From: the human T2T-CHM13v2.0 reference genome, Homo sapiens
DNA: 64,000 bases
Assembly: GCF_009914755.1 (NCBI RefSeq)
Contig: NC_060937.1
Strand: one strand, 5' to 3'
Part shown: positions 1 to 22,285 of the stretch, in pieces
Numbering within the stretch: the stretch's first letter is position 1
How the letters are laid out: each line of letters starts with the position of its first letter
Notes under the pieces: generated by a model
What the model was told of the DNA's origin: nothing
Databases searched by the model: none
The model's input: the letters and a program-made list of their open reading frames with translations, nothing else
Translations under genes and position numbers: made by a program

Positions 1-430
1 TTTCATCATTTATGAGATGTTGCTAATACGGATAACTGCACTATATAAACTAAGATCAAATAAATATGAAAGCCTTTAAATATATATGTACTGCATATGT
101 AATATAAATGGAATGACCTTATCTTAATTGTTCACTCCACTTGAAATAATTCTTAAAATGTAGTAGTCAGTGAATATTTGTTAAATGAATGAATGATTTA
201 AATTGTGTAATTTAAATTACAAATTGCATAATACCGTATGTGAATTTGCAAAGATTTGTGGATAGAAGATTGTCATTTCTACTCCCATTATGACTGACAC
301 ATGGTATTTCTTATGTATATGGCATTATGCCAAAATATGATAATTATTGGAGCTTTAAATCCATGAGAGCTGTGCTCAGTGGGCTCTGGAATAAAGCTGG
401 AGTTCAAAAGAAGCATTTAAAAATGAAGTA

Positions 431-662
<232 letters not shown>

Positions 663-1498
663 CTATCAGTCTATAGCAATGACAGATACAATATAAAAAG
701 AGAAAACTAAAAAGCACAGTCATCAGAATAATCCATCGGGGCCACGGATGATCATTGAAACAAGATGAGTCATGAGTTGATAATTACTGAATTTGGATGA
801 TGGGAGCATGGGTGTTCATTATATCACCTCTATTTTTACATATGTTTTCATTTACTATAATAAAAACCTAGGAAAGAAAAATATAACCTTGATCAAAAAG
901 CATGATAAGCATCTTTATGGTAGAAATGGAATAGTAAAACAAGAAAGGACTCAAACTATGACCCTTTTTAGTTCACTCAGCAGAATGAATGAGTTTAAAA
1001 ACATCGGTCATAAAATATAAGATAAACTGGGGAAGAAAAAAAAGCCCTTTTATGCCCCGGGTAAATTCTCACAAATGTACAAAAGGAAACAGGTGTATGG
1101 ATGTTAATTGTGTCATTATTAAAAGAAATTCAAATGCTTTTCAGTAGCAGAATGGAAAATAAATTGAGATTTACTCTGCAATATAATTTTATGTAGCAGT
1201 TAAAATCATTAAATTAGATCTGAATGTATCACTTTTTTTTACTAAAAGTTCCTTATTTTCTGGCATAACATAATGTTCCTAGTTTTGGTTTTCGTTTGTT
1301 GGTTTTGTAATTTCATTGCCTCAGCTCTTTCTCTAAGAAGTCTTGATCTCTTAGTGGGGAATGCTATTTAGAAATTTAGGATTTGGGTGCTGTGGTCATG
1401 GCTACATTGGTCATTATTTCTAGGCCCTTTGAGTAGGCAGAGAAAGTAGAGGGAGAATGAGGAGGAGGCTTAACACACTATGGATGAGATCATACTGA

Positions 1499-1799
<301 letters not shown>

Positions 1800-2914
1800 A
1801 CGTTGATACTTCTAATTCCAATTCAACACTGCAACAGCCACTTGGATGAGGTGCCAACTGGCTAAATATAGCAAACTTGAATATCACAATAAATATTGGC
1901 AATAATGAATTACAGTCCATTGAATAGAATAAGAGTTTATAAGTGCAGGCTAATAATAAATACAGAAAGAGGATCTTAAAATTTTTTTAATACATCATCT
2001 TTACCATTTTTAAGTGTACAGTTCAGTGGTAATAAATATATCCTTTTTGGGAAAGAGGATCTTTATGGTTGAAATCCAAGCAATAAATGTATATGCATGT
2101 AAGAATGACCATTTTGTAGCCGCATAATAATATTGATTCAGAATCATCATTGGAATATAAAACCATGAAGTATAAGTATGTTAGGGAATAGGATATTTAC
2201 ACAAAGCATCTCTTCACAATTACTTACTAATTTTAAAGGGCAAAAGGATACCTTTATAGTTAAACTCTGGCAGATGCTACCTTAACCTAGTGATCAAAGT
2301 TACTATCACCAATAATGGGATAAACTGACGTCACATACCTCAGTACATCTTCACATAACATACTGAGAATGCGTTTCTGTATCAGAGAATCATTTCTGAG
2401 AATCATTTCTGTAGTATTCCTGCCCAAGTGCCTAACCTGAATCTAATAATGAAGAAACTTCAGACAAGTGAAAATTGAGGAGCATTCTATGATGCAGCTA
2501 GCCTCTGCTCTATAAAAAGTCATAAAACACAAGGAAAACTAAGAAATCTTCAAGGTTAAAGGAGACTAAAACCCCATGACATCTAGATGCATGGTAATAG
2601 ATTATAATATGATGATAATAGATCCTTGGATTACCATTATGGTAATAGAGCCTTGGCTCAGGGAAAAAAAAATTCACAAAGGGTGTTTTGGGAGACAGTT
2701 GACAAAATTTGAAAATGGATTGTATGTTAGATAATATTATATTAGGGCTAAGTCTCCTGAATATGATAATTATACTGTGATTATATAAGAGACTATCTTT
2801 AATCTTAGTAAATTCACACTAATTATTTAGGGATAAAGGGACCTAATGTCTCAGTTGAGGAAACAAATGCACATGTATGAGTATGTGTGTGTAGGTGTGT
2901 ATACACATATAGAT

Positions 2915-3142
2915 ACATGACCCTTGACCAACATGGGGTCCACTTATATTCAGGTTTTTATCAACCTAACACCAATCGAAAATACAATTTTCACGGGATG
3001 TGAAACCTGAGTATACAGAGGACTGACTGACTGGTGGGATCTGCAACAACTGCAGGACTTCAGCATGTACAGATTTGCATATTCAGGTTGTGGGGGTGGG
3101 TCTGGAACCCATTCTCCACATATACCGTTAAGACACCTGCAT
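2915..3142 (-). mobile_element. Tigger-family MITE (MER8-like)
   Basis: tgacccttgaccaacatggggtccacttat...ctggaacccattctccacatatacc resembles the MER8/Tigger termini; about 230 bp. Confidence 0.6.
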
Positions 3143-3265
3143 ATATTCACATATATTAACAAGAGAGAGGGTTTGAATAAATATGACAAAGTAATATTTA
3201 TTTAATATTACAAAACAAATACAACAGTGTTAATGATTGGTAAGTAAAAGCATTAAAAAGAACCA

Positions 3266-3540
3266 AGCTGGTTACAGCGTGTCATGTCTGTAATCCTAGT
3301 GCTTTCAGAAGCACAGGCAGGAGGATCACTTGAGCCCAGGACTTTAAGACTAGCCAGGGCAATATAGCAAGACCGTCTTTACAAAAAAAAAAAAAAAATT
3401 AAATTAGGCACATGGTGGCATGCACCTGTAGTCCTAACTCTCTGGCAGGCTGAGGCTGGAGGATCACTTGAGTGCAGTAGTTCAAGTCCAGTCTGGGTGA
3501 CATAGCAAGACCCCCATCTCATAAAAAAGAAAAAAAAATT
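3266..3540 (+). mobile_element. Old Alu-like dimer (AluJ or FLAM-FLAM)
   Basis: Two Alu monomers, each ending ...agcaagacc...A-rich; the second lacks the right-arm insert. Confidence 0.8.
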
Positions 3541-4413
3541 TAAAAAAAAGATTTTTTAAAAAATTGCATGTGAAAGCACAAAATAAAATTTAAAAATTTT
3601 TTTAATTAAAAATAATCTAAACATTCTAAAAATAAAAAAGCACAAAATACGTATAGTAATATGTATCAGAATAGTAATACTGATAGTCATCTTTACTTAT
3701 TGGGTTTGTAGGTGATTGTTATTTTGTGCTTTGCTCAGTTTTTCTTCAATAAACATAATATTTTGTTAACTAGAAGAAAAAAGGCTTTCTAAACGTTTTT
3801 GAAAAACTGATGCAAAGGAAAACAATTCCTAACAGCCCTCTCTGTGGAAATACCAGGTGGGTCAGTGAAATAAAGTGCAAAGGCACTGCTTCTGACTGCA
3901 GGGAAGTAGTTAAGAGTTAGTAAATCTGTTTCTCTGCTCATTTTAAAAAATGTGTGTTGTAGGTTTTAGTCCAATTCTTGGTATAACTTTTTTGGGGAAC
4001 TTGTCTTAAAATGGAAATTAAAATCTGGGTAATCATAAACAATTTGTGAATGAAATAGTCACAAGAATGCCTGCCTACGTATCTACTATGCAATCTAAAT
4101 GATAAGTTGTATTTTTTTTTTTTACCTTAACTGAACTGAAAGCCTAGAGCCATGTATACATTCTTTAAAAGTTTTAACCTCAAGATAAGATTGAAGATGA
4201 CTAATGAAAAAATACCAAATGTATGTTAGTAAGTTTTATTATTTACTGTACTGGCTTATGTAGTTTGTATATTCCTTAAAGGTAATAAATTGATATGTAT
4301 GTATTTGAACAAGGTCTGAAACAGAGTCCCTTCTAAATCTGAAAAGTAGGTACTTTATAGTTCATGGAATTACACTGAAGCCCCATTGCTAGTGTCTCTA
4401 TTCAGCGTCCTAA

Positions 4414-4611
<198 letters not shown>

Positions 4612-4722
4612 TAATTAGAGTCACTTATATTATATAGCATAGTATTAGTGAAAAAAATAGCCCAGAGTAGATTTGAAGGAGAGACATTTTTTTTGTTATG
4701 TAGTTCCTCCCAAAAAGATAAA

Positions 4723-5030
4723 TTTTTTTTTTTTTTTTTTTTTTTTTGAGACAGGAGTCTTTCCCTGTTGACCAGGCTATAGTGCAGTGGTGCAATCTTG
4801 GCTCACTGCAACTTCCGCCTCCCAGGTTCAAACGATTCTCCTGCCTCAGCCTCCTGAATAGCTGGGATTACAGGCGTGTGCCACCATGCCCTACTAATTT
4901 TTACATTTTTAGTAGAAACAGGGTTTCACCATGTTGGCCAGGCTGGTCGCAAACTCCTGACCTCAAATGATCCACCTGCCTTGGCCTCCCAAAGTGCTGG
5001 GATTACAGGTGTGAGCAACCATGCCCAGCC
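4723..5030 (-). mobile_element. AluS within the 612-nt intron
   Basis: T25 tail, full antisense dimer, TSD-like ccaaaaaga on both sides. Confidence 0.92.
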
Positions 5031-5214
5031 CCAAAAAGAGACTTTTAGTAGCTATTTTTAGATTTTAAAAAAGTTGCATGCTAAGAATTAGCCCTTTTTA
5101 AAAGGAAAATTTTCATGTGGTGAATGAAAACATGAAGGAAAGAAATTAATACAGTCAAGCTTGAAAAGTAAGATGGCATCACTGTGGATACTTTTTGTTT
5201 CTACATGTATGTAG

Positions 5215-5424
<210 letters not shown>

Positions 5425-5749
5425 TAGATACCAATTAACAGATTTTCTTTGAGGGAACTCTTGGCTTTGGGGAAGATTTAGTGATTTTTTTAAGGTCTAT
5501 TCTATATGATAATACTAAGATAATACCTTATTTTATTTTATTTTATTTTATTTTTTGATTTTGACATTTCTGCTTTCTGTTTGCATACATTTAAGTGGTG
5601 TAATTTTCCCATGTGCCTTTATTTTAAAACTTTGTCATTTGGTTTTAGGTACGTTTCTTGAATACAGTAATGAGCTGATGTATCCATTAGGATAATTTGG
5701 GTTGCAAATAATGCAGAAGGGTTTAAAAAATGAAGTGAGATATGTTTGC

Positions 5750-11384
<5,635 letters not shown>

Positions 11385-11825
11385 CAATTTTATTTTCTTA
11401 CACAATATTACTTTCTAGTTGGTTTTTAAAAAGACACTGTGGTTTTTTTCAGCAATATCAAAAGCCTATTTCTTTTAGATAGATAGATATATGCTATGAC
11501 AGTTTTTTCATTTGTGGCATAATTTTTTAAATTCCTATGACTAATATCTCTATAGAAGTATTTTTTTAAAGAAAGTATGAAAGTATCTCTATAGAAGTAT
11601 ATTTTGGAAGAAAATCTCAGTATGCTAACGATTTCCTGTGTGAAATGTAAAAGAATTATGAGGAGATGGTATCGCATTGTGTTTTAACTTATATGCCCTT
11701 CAATCAGACTCCCTATGTTTTGGTCCTGCCTTCTTTCTTCTACTGGATGTGTAGAAGTTACTGAAGTACCTTAATATCAATCGCTTTTATAACCCTTGAA
11801 TTATATCGACATACCAAAACAAACA

Positions 11826-12122
11826 TGCTGGGTGCAGTGGCTCACACCTGTAATCCCAGCATTTTGGGAGGCCAAGGCAGGAGGATTGCTTGAGGCCAGA
11901 AGTTTGAGACCAGCCTGGGCAACATCAAAAACCCTGTCTCTATAAAAAAAAGTTTTTAAATTAGCAAGGCACAATGTCAAGCACATGTAGTCCTGCCTAC
12001 TCAGGAGGCTGGGGCAGGAAGATGGCTTGAGCCCAGGAGTTCGGGGTTACATGATTGTGCCACTGTACTTCATCCTGGGTGAGAGAGCAAGGCATTATCT
12101 CTTTAAGAAAAAAAGAAAAAAA
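11826..12122 (+). mobile_element. AluJ
   Basis: Diverged dimer with ggaggattgcttgagg and gcttgagcccaggagtt; A tail. Confidence 0.88.
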
Positions 12123-12642
12123 TACTAAAACAAAACAAATTTTACCTTAAAGGTAAAGGTAAAGGTAAATTTTACTCTTAAAGAGTTCACACATTCATAA
12201 TTTTTCCTAGCCTGTAGTAGTTTTTCATACCCTATATAATACTTCGACTTGGCTAAAAGATCACGGTGTGGCTGTGGTTGTCATGCTTGGAAGCAAAGGA
12301 TTCATAGACTCCGAGTCATTTCATTTTTATATTTTTGTTAATATTATTCATCTCTCAACATCATCCTACCACATTATTATTTTTAAATGAAGGACATTCT
12401 CAATTTTGAAGCCTCAACCATATGCATTAAAACTACTAGAAAAGTGTTTTGGAAGATGAATAATTATCCCACATGAATTACTAAGATTTTATATAGTAAT
12501 TAAGTCTTTTGGAAAATAATGTTTAACAGGTTGAAATCTTAGATCATACTAGTTAGGAACAGTATTTTTAGGAATTATAAAACTTTATACTATTAATAGT
12601 TAAGTTTTTCAGGTAACACAGTTTATAGAGCATACTTGATAA

Positions 12643-12852
<210 letters not shown>

Positions 12853-13299
12853 TAAAAAAAAAAAAATGCTTGTATGGTATTTTATTTATCTTTGGAGGTT
12901 TTAGAAGCTTTATTGAAATTAAATGCTATTTATTATATAATGTCTTTTTTAATACATTAGAGAAAACTTGTCATAAATCGAAATCTAAGTATAATGAGAA
13001 CATGAAAGTTCTAAAGTCTTAGAACAAGATTTACTAGACTTTAACCTTTTTGCTCTGTTATTCCTGTTATGTCTTTTTTTTTACCCTAGTGACTTCTCTT
13101 TTTGCATTTGCTTCAGTTCAGATTGAGGACAGATAAAAAGTAAAGAGTGCTGAGATATCAGTTCTTCCTGTATTATAGCAACGATTTCTCCTGGAAACTT
13201 GTTAAAACTAGAATAGTAATTTCAAATATACATATGCCTCATTTAGCTGCTGGCTCCGAAAGATGTCGTATTAGGTAATCCTGAAGAAATATCATTTTT

Positions 13300-13615
<316 letters not shown>

Positions 13616-15629
13616 TCATGCAGTTACTTTTAGATCAGTAAATATTAGGCTCACCTAGTTAGTGATTGGCAGAATTCAGGGAAAATAAATACTATTTATT
13701 TCAATGGCAGATATTTTTATACCGTTATTATAGTCAGTGTGGTTTTTGAAAGTTTATATTTTAATGAGAAAATTATTTTGAAATTGACTTGTGATACTAG
13801 TTTATCAGCACTGATTTGCTTATATGATATTTTGATTGTTGTCAGCAAGGCTTTAAATCAGACTTAATCTATAATAGCATTGTACCATGTCATTTCTACT
13901 AGGAATATAGTAGCAGAAAATTTGGTATGTCCACCCCTCAATTCCAGGGAAAAAAAGCTGCTGTATTATAGTTGCTTATTTATAAGTTGCTGTATTTATA
14001 AGTTAGCCACTACTATAAAAACTATATATGTAGAATTATCCTTTGGTAGTAAATTAACAAAGATATTTTTAAATTACTGTTAAATTGTTATTTAATATAG
14101 CAGGTTGGTAGAGATTTTTATGCTAATGCCTCTGAGGGGTATGATTTTATTCTCAGGTTTCTTTGTTCTTGGGTAAAAATATTTGTGGTAATAAGAGAGT
14201 AGATATACAATTTATGATAGAACTTTTTTAGGATTTTTGCTAAATATGACTTAGTAGAAAGTCATAAAATGACTCTCATGAAAATCAGATTATTATTTTC
14301 CTCATAAATTTGGCTTGCATAGATCTTTATCTACCTGTTTGATCTTTTTTGAAAGTCTGCATTAGAAGTATACGCCAAAGGAAATTAATATGAACTTCAA
14401 ACACTGAACACAAAAGAAATCATTCATTTGTGTATTCAACAGATACTTTGTGATTATACTCTTCTGCCTATTTTTTCTTGTTCTTCTCTTATTTGAGCTT
14501 TAAAATAATTATGTCATATTTATAATCTAGTATTATATTTTCAATGAAAATGGCAAAGAATTTCAAAATATAAAAATTCTAAGTGATCATTCAGTACTAT
14601 CTTAGCAGTAGACAAACTAAAAATATGCTTTAGGCACCAGCAAATACGTGTGCATGCCAGAAGAAATTATACGTATTCTTAAAAAATGTTTTGACATATT
14701 AATTTTTAAAATAACATTTTTTATCTTGGGAAAAATAAAAACACCTCTGCATTTGTTTACACTTAGTTTATATTTTAATATTTGAGTATCGAATTACTAG
14801 TAGGAGCACCATAATCTTTTATGTGAATAAGGCTTTTGAAGTCCTAAGCTAGCCTTCATATGTTGAATCCTGAGAAAATTTTGTTCCAAGTAGCTCAAAG
14901 AAATATTGGACCACTCTTTAAATAGCATTATTTTTTATTTTAATTACTATGTTATGATTGTTCTCTTTTTTGACCATATATGTTTGCATGTATGTGTATA
15001 AAATAACAGATGTTAAGAGAAAATTTCCTAGTTTTCATTAAATAAATAATTATAAAGAAGTAGAATAATGCAGCACTACAGAAATGTCCTTGAGACTCTT
15101 TCTGCTTAACTCCTGTCTTCCATAACTGCTATTCTGTTATGCTAATAACTTCCTTGCTTCTCCTTAGACTTTTATTATCTATGTTTCCAGTATATAAACA
15201 TCTCTGCACAATATAGTTTAGTTTTTCATATTATATTAGTATCATATAAATGGAATTATGCTGTATACACATATTTTTGTGGCTTCTTCACATAACCTTA
15301 TGATTTTAAGATTCATTTGCTTTTGCACTTAGTTGTCCCTTCATGTTCATTACAAAAGTATAACAGTTTTATGAATGTACATGCTTAGGGCAGCAGAGTT
15401 ATTAAGAGATTGGAGAGAGAATTCCAAAGACATTCTCTATCTTTGGCAAAATTTTACTTCGTCCCAGCCCTACATTAGAAAGGAGGATCCTGTACCTTGT
15501 GATTACTTGCTCTGAAAGTTCAAAATGCAGACTAAAAGAAGAGGTATACACCTATTAAATGCTAAGCTTTATGTTGGAAAGTTTTACATTTGCACCCTCA
15601 TGTAATTTTCAGAGCAATAAATTAATGAA

Positions 15630-17000
15630 TTTAGCAAATATTTATTGAAATGTACCATTTGCCAGCTAAATGCTAGACATCATAGGTAGTGGTGACCTTT
15701 GTCTTCACAAAGCTGGTAGTCTAATGGAGGGTAAAGACAAATAGAGAAACAATTATCATAAGTATGATGATGATGGACAAAATGATAGGATAAAAGATGA
15801 GACCACCTGTGTATCTAACCTAGCCTTGGGAGGAATTGGGGAAGACTTCATAAATGAAGAACTGCCCCTTTTGACTAAAACTACTATTAAAAGTAAAACT
15901 TCAGACACATTAAATTTAAAGTTTAATTGAGCAATGAACAATTCGCAAATCAGGCAGCTTCCAGAATCACAGCAGATTCAGAGAGACTCCAGGGGTCCCT
16001 CATGGTCAGAACAAATTTATAGACAAAAAAAGTAAAGTGGCATACAGAAATCAGAAGTGAGATACAGAAACAGCTGGATTTGTTATAGGTTGGTGTTTAA
16101 CTTATTTGAACACTCAGCAGTGTATGAATGGTTGAAGTATGGCTGCTGGGGTTGGCCCAGACTCAGCTGTTGTTACAGGCACATACCCCCAAGTTAGGTT
16201 TTCTATCTTGTCTGCCTATTAAGTTAGGTTGCAGTTTGTCAATACGGACTCAAATATAGAAGTACGGAGTCCTTCTTAAGGCCATATTTAGTTTGCATTA
16301 ACACTATGAACTAAGGAAGGAAAGGAAATTGGGGGAATGAATATATAGCATATATAAAAGCCTGAAAGTAGGACAAAAAGGACAAAATGAAGCTTTTTGA
16401 ACAAACTAATTCGGTATGGCTGAAGGATAGACTGAGAGGCAGGGAGTTAAAAGAGATGAAACAGAAGCAGGAAATGGGCCCAAAGAATGCATTTGGACCA
16501 TTATGTAAGACCTGTGGGGAACAATTGAAAGATTTTAAGAAGAGGCATGAATTGATCTGATTTTATATCAAAAGATCACTGTAATGTAGAGAATAGATTG
16601 GAATGGCATAAGCCTGTTAGACAGAGAGGGTCTACTTTTAGAGGTTATTTCCATTATCCAGATGAGAGGTGATAGTGGAACTGGATTAGTATCAGTAAAG
16701 ATGAGAGAAATGGGCCAGGTTGGAAAAGTATTTAGGAGACAGAGCCGACAGGACTCAGTGACTAGATTGGATTGGTTGGATGAGAACTCGTTAAGGATGT
16801 CAGCAAGGTTTCTGAATTAAACAGCTGCATAAATAGTGATATAGTTTTTAAAACATTAGAAAATACAAAGCTTTAATAGGAAAACATGATAAATTTAGTT
16901 GTTTCACTTGAAGTGTCTGTGGCATCTACAAATAAAAGAGTTGACTGTAGAAGAATCTGAACCTCAAGAGAAAGATCTGGGAATTAGAGAGGCCTGTGGT
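15630..17000 (-). mobile_element. L2 remnant, interrupted by a MER57 LTR
   Basis: L2 3'-end motif (aaatatttattga...tgccag...gctagac) and purine-rich L2 body on both sides of the LTR. Boundaries approximate. Confidence 0.55.
15885..16303 (-). mobile_element. MER57-family solo LTR (ERV1)
   Basis: Reverse complement starts tgttaatgcaaactaaatatggcc...aaggactccgtacttctatatttgagtcc; flanked by ctac/ctat (4-bp TSD, 1 mismatch). Confidence 0.8.
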
Positions 17001-17907
17001 ATAGATAGTATTATTACTATTTTACAAATAAGTACTGTTGGTTCTGTGGTTCAATTCTGTTGTGGATTTAATAGGCTTTTGTTGACTGATATAATAACTT
17101 TAAAATATATGGGAACTTCCTATGGTTATTCCTAAGCAATCCACATAGCCATATAAACTTTGGTATGTAATCATCTTGAAAATTTCCTCATTTTTTAGGT
17201 TTTTGCTGTTTTTTAAAAAAAAATCTTTAAAGTTTATCCCATTGTAACATAAATGTGGTTGGTAGGGGTAGGTTGGTAGGTAAGGCTGTGTGGGGAAACA
17301 ACCAACAGAGCCGTTTCTGGAAGTAGGAAAACTGAAAGCAGATGTCCTTGTCTCCTTGTCTCCAGTGTTCTTCTGACCCCCTATCCACATCAAAATGGAC
17401 ACTACCTAACCAGGGGATTCCTGGGATTGGGGCTGCCCTGTGGATGCCCCAGCCAGCCACAGGGCTCAGAATTGATTGGATGTATACTGAGGCTAGAGTG
17501 GACAATTGCCACCAGGTGGTGCCAAATTGCAGCCTGAGCCCAGATGAATTTGAATTTCACAGGACACCTAACTAGCTAGGTGTACAGGCTTGCCTTTATC
17601 ATTTTAATCTCACAGTAATCCAACTCTATGTTTTATGTAATCTTTGGGGATCATAGTTTCTTCATTATGGCAGATTTAACTGTAGTTAGAGCTTGTATCA
17701 TACTAATCTTCCACACAGTAAAAAGTAAATTATAAATTACTTCTTTTGAAATCTTAGAACTTAAAATGGCTAAAGAAAGAATTTTAATATTTCCTGTTAT
17801 AAAACATGAAATTCATAATAAGTTTACACATTTAAGGTTGTGTGTGTGTGTTTAGGTAAATTAATCTTTTGCTTTGGCCTGAGATGTGTAATTATGTTAA
17901 TTACTAG

Positions 17908-18309
<402 letters not shown>

Positions 18310-18968
18310 TAAACATTTTCTAAAGAAACTGAAATGATGATTAATGAAATATATTTTGCCTTTAATTTGTTGTCTATACATTGGAGGATATTAAAAGGAT
18401 ACTTTTTCTTTTCTCTTCTTTAATATGGAAAAGGCACATGGAACTTACTCTGTCCAATCTTGGTATCTGACCTGCAGTCATTCCACTAGTTCTTGAAGTT
18501 AAAGTATTGAGAGAAAAGAAAGAGAGTAGAAGATATAAAGACTTAAGAAAAGGGCAATTATAAATGAAGAGAGAACTTGGATATTTAGATACATCAAACA
18601 TACTGTAGTTGAAATTATAATATGTATGTATGCTTTGGTCCAGTTTGTGAATTAAGCTTTTTTGTCTTTTCTGTATTTTCTAGTTACTTAAAATTCCACT
18701 TTGGAGCTGTAGGAAATGAGTGAAAGGTACTACAGTGCTGAGATGTATTATATAAATAACTTCTTGCTTAGTAGGTATTATGTGACAGAAATGTTATGGA
18801 CCCTCTTATGCATTTGGAAATAAGACATTCTGTGAGTGGGAGTATATTATGAAAGAGATTTGGATCAAAAGACTGAACTTGATCCTGGTTCTACCACTTA
18901 CTAGCTCAGCGGATAAGTCACTTAATATCCCTGAAGTTTAATTTCTTCTTTTATAAAATGGGCTAATA

Positions 18969-19260
18969 GGCTAGGTGTGGTGGCTAACACCTGTAATACC
19001 AACACTTTGGGAGACTGAGGCAGATGGATTGCTTAAGTCTAGGAGTTCGAGACCAGCCTGGGCAACATGGCAGAACCCCGTCTCTAGTGAAAATACAAAA
19101 AAAATTAGCCAGGCGTGGTGGCACAGGCCTGTAGTCCTATTAAGGAGGCTGAGGTGGGAGGATCACCTGAGCCTGGGAGGTCAAGGCTGCACTGAGCCAA
19201 GATCATGCCATTTGCACTCCACCCTGGGCAAATGGAGTGAGACCCTGTCTCAAAAAATAA
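18969..19260 (+). mobile_element. AluJ inserted into a MIR
   Basis: Diverged Alu dimer; MIR core (aagtcacttaat...taaaatggggctaata) upstream continues at about 19275-19340. Confidence 0.85.
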
Positions 19261-20902
19261 TAATAACTAACTAATAATACTTTTTAGGGTGGCCCGTGAG
19301 GTCTAAATGAAATAATATATGCAAAAAGTACATTATAAATTATAGATGTAGATGAGTTATTTTGGTACCTTGTGCCTATGTAGAATACTTGAAGAAAATA
19401 TTTTCATCTGTTATGTTGACAGTTTAAGGAAAATCACCATTATATAAAAGTCATCTGATAATATTATGGGATTATTTATCATTAGAAGATACTAATACAA
19501 AATATATATTCTTAAGTGTTTATCTCCATAGCATTTAACCAGTTTTCTTAAATGACGTAATACAGACGTAGAGGGTCTACATGCCATTCTTTTCTGTCTA
19601 AATTTCTGCATAAGATGGCTAGCTTATGTTTCCTAATTAGGTTATGAGATAATAAGGTAAAGGGAGATAAATTCAGCTGATTAAGTTTTTCCATAAAGTA
19701 AAACTACCTTTATTTAAGGTGGTCTTGTTAACTGTAAACACAGAGCTATTCTGAGTGGTGCTCTACAAAAGATAATAGAGGTATTCATGATGCTCTTGAT
19801 GCAGTACAGAATCTGGAAATTGAAATAGCTTTACAATTGTTTGAAAGGGGGTAGGCAGTAGAGAAAAAGAGATTGAAAAGATGCTTTTAAGTGCAACAAT
19901 TAGTATTGCTTTAGTGATTTTATTTTCCTGCCGAATCAATAAAAACCATCTTGACCACAATTTATCTTCCAAAAGTACTCAAGAAGAAACTTTAATGATA
20001 TAAACTTGAAATTTATGTAGAATCTTAGAGTGATATTAAACAACTTTGAATCTTGAATCTATTTACAAAGGTTAGTTGAGTATATGTATTGTATTACAAT
20101 GGTGAATTTAACTAGTGTACAGAGGTTCCAGTCATCATTTTAAAAGTGTATGTCCTCATTAGTGCTTAAGCAAACAAACAAACTTCTTTTGTTCATATCT
20201 TACCAGGTATCTGTATAATGTTTTAAGTTCTTCCATGGAAAAATTTAATAGTAATTACTTTGTCTTTTCAGTTAGATAATTCTTGAAGTATATGGCTCTG
20301 CAGATAACTCTCTCAGCATCTTCTCAAATATTTTAAATTAATTTTTATTATCAGTTATCTTTTATTGTTAACTATATTCTTTACTCCTTAGATGTTTACA
20401 ACGTGTGTTCACTGCTTCATTAATAATACTTAAAAATTTCAAGCTCTGTAGGGTGTTCCAGATATGAAGCAAGGTAAGTTCAGGTTGCATAGGAATTTAG
20501 ATTTACCTTTGTGGTGTAATTCGTTGTGTGTTAGGAGAGGCTGGTAAAGTAAGATTGGGCCAGATTTTAAAGGTTCTGTTGTCAGTGGGGAATTTCCAGA
20601 GGTTTTATAGTAGGAAAGAAACATGACTTACTCATTTTTTATAACTACGGTTGCAATGCGGGGTGGATTATAGTTGAAGAAAGCCTAGAAGCAGGGAGAT
20701 CACGTAGGAGGCTGTTGCACAGCTTAGGTGATGAAAATAAGTAGAAAGAGAAAATGATGGATGAATTTAAAGAATACGTAGGAGAATTGGCAAGATCTGG
20801 TGATTGACAGGAAGTGAACCTCAGGAACGACCCCAACTTTTCTACCTCAGTAGTGTCAGAGTGATTGGTGATAAGGCATGGCCATTAGCTCCAGAATGCA
20901 GA

Positions 20903-21198
<296 letters not shown>

Positions 21199-21826
21199 TG
21201 ATCTTTTACAGATGTGGCAGCCCTGACCAAGCTCAAAAGTGCTTATCTGAGATCACACAGCTTTTTACTAGAGATGTTTCTCTGCTGTGCCCCAGATTTC
21301 ACTCCACTTAGCCCTCAGATTAGTAGAAGGAACCCTAAGCTGCTAAAGCCCCTCCAACAGTCTTCTCTGTTTTCCCTAGGATGCCATTAAAAATAGTATC
21401 ACTTTCATTTTATACAATAAAAACTTTGAGGAAACATTGCTGTAATTATCAACCTTTAAATTAACATCACGTTTTAATTTACATTTTCATATTTAGGTAG
21501 CATAGTAAGCATAGTTACTATTTATTGAGTACCTATTATGCGTCAAGCATTGTACTCAACACTTTACATACGTTGTAGAAAAAGAAACACATTTTATGAA
21601 GTTTAGGTATTAATAACCGTATTTTACAAGTAAGGTAATTGAGACATCAACTGTGACTTGCCTGTGATTATTATAAACATTTGTTGGTAAAAACTAGATA
21701 CATCTGACTCTGCAATGCAGTGCACACTCCCATTTAACTGGTCAGTGCTATGTAAACTGATCAAAGATTTCCTATCAAAACTACAATTTTGAAGTTAATT
21801 TACTTAAAATAGAAATTCTGTCTTTT

Positions 21827-22109
21827 TTTATTATTATACTTTAGGTTCTGGGATACATGTGCAGAACGTGCAGGTTTGTTACATAGGTATACACATGCCA
21901 TGGTGGTTTGCTGCACCCATCAACCCGTCATCTACATTAGGTATTTCTCCTAATGCTCTCCGTCCCCTAGCCCTTCACCCCAACAGGCCCCAGTGTATGA
22001 TGTTTCCCTCCCTGTTTCCATGTGTTCTCATTGTTCAACTCCCACTTATGAGTGAGAACATTCAGTGTTTCGGTTTTCTGTTCCTGTGTTAGTTTGCTGA
22101 GAATGATGG
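21827..22109 (-). mobile_element. L1PA7-like 3' fragment
   Basis: L1 3'UTR; TSD agaaa(t/c)tctgtctttt at 21811-21826 and 22110-22125. Confidence 0.9.
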
Positions 22110-22204
22110 AGAAACTCTGTCTTTTAAGAGAATTTGCAAACGACATTCCATGCTTGAGGGCTGAGTATGGATCATTAGAGCTTTATAAAAGCATCTGTAA
22201 TTTT

Positions 22205-22208
<4 letters not shown>

Positions 22209-22282
<74 letters not shown>
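22209..22282. repeat. (AC)37 perfect microsatellite
   Basis: 74 nt of uninterrupted AC. Confidence 0.98.
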
Positions 22283-22285
<3 letters not shown>

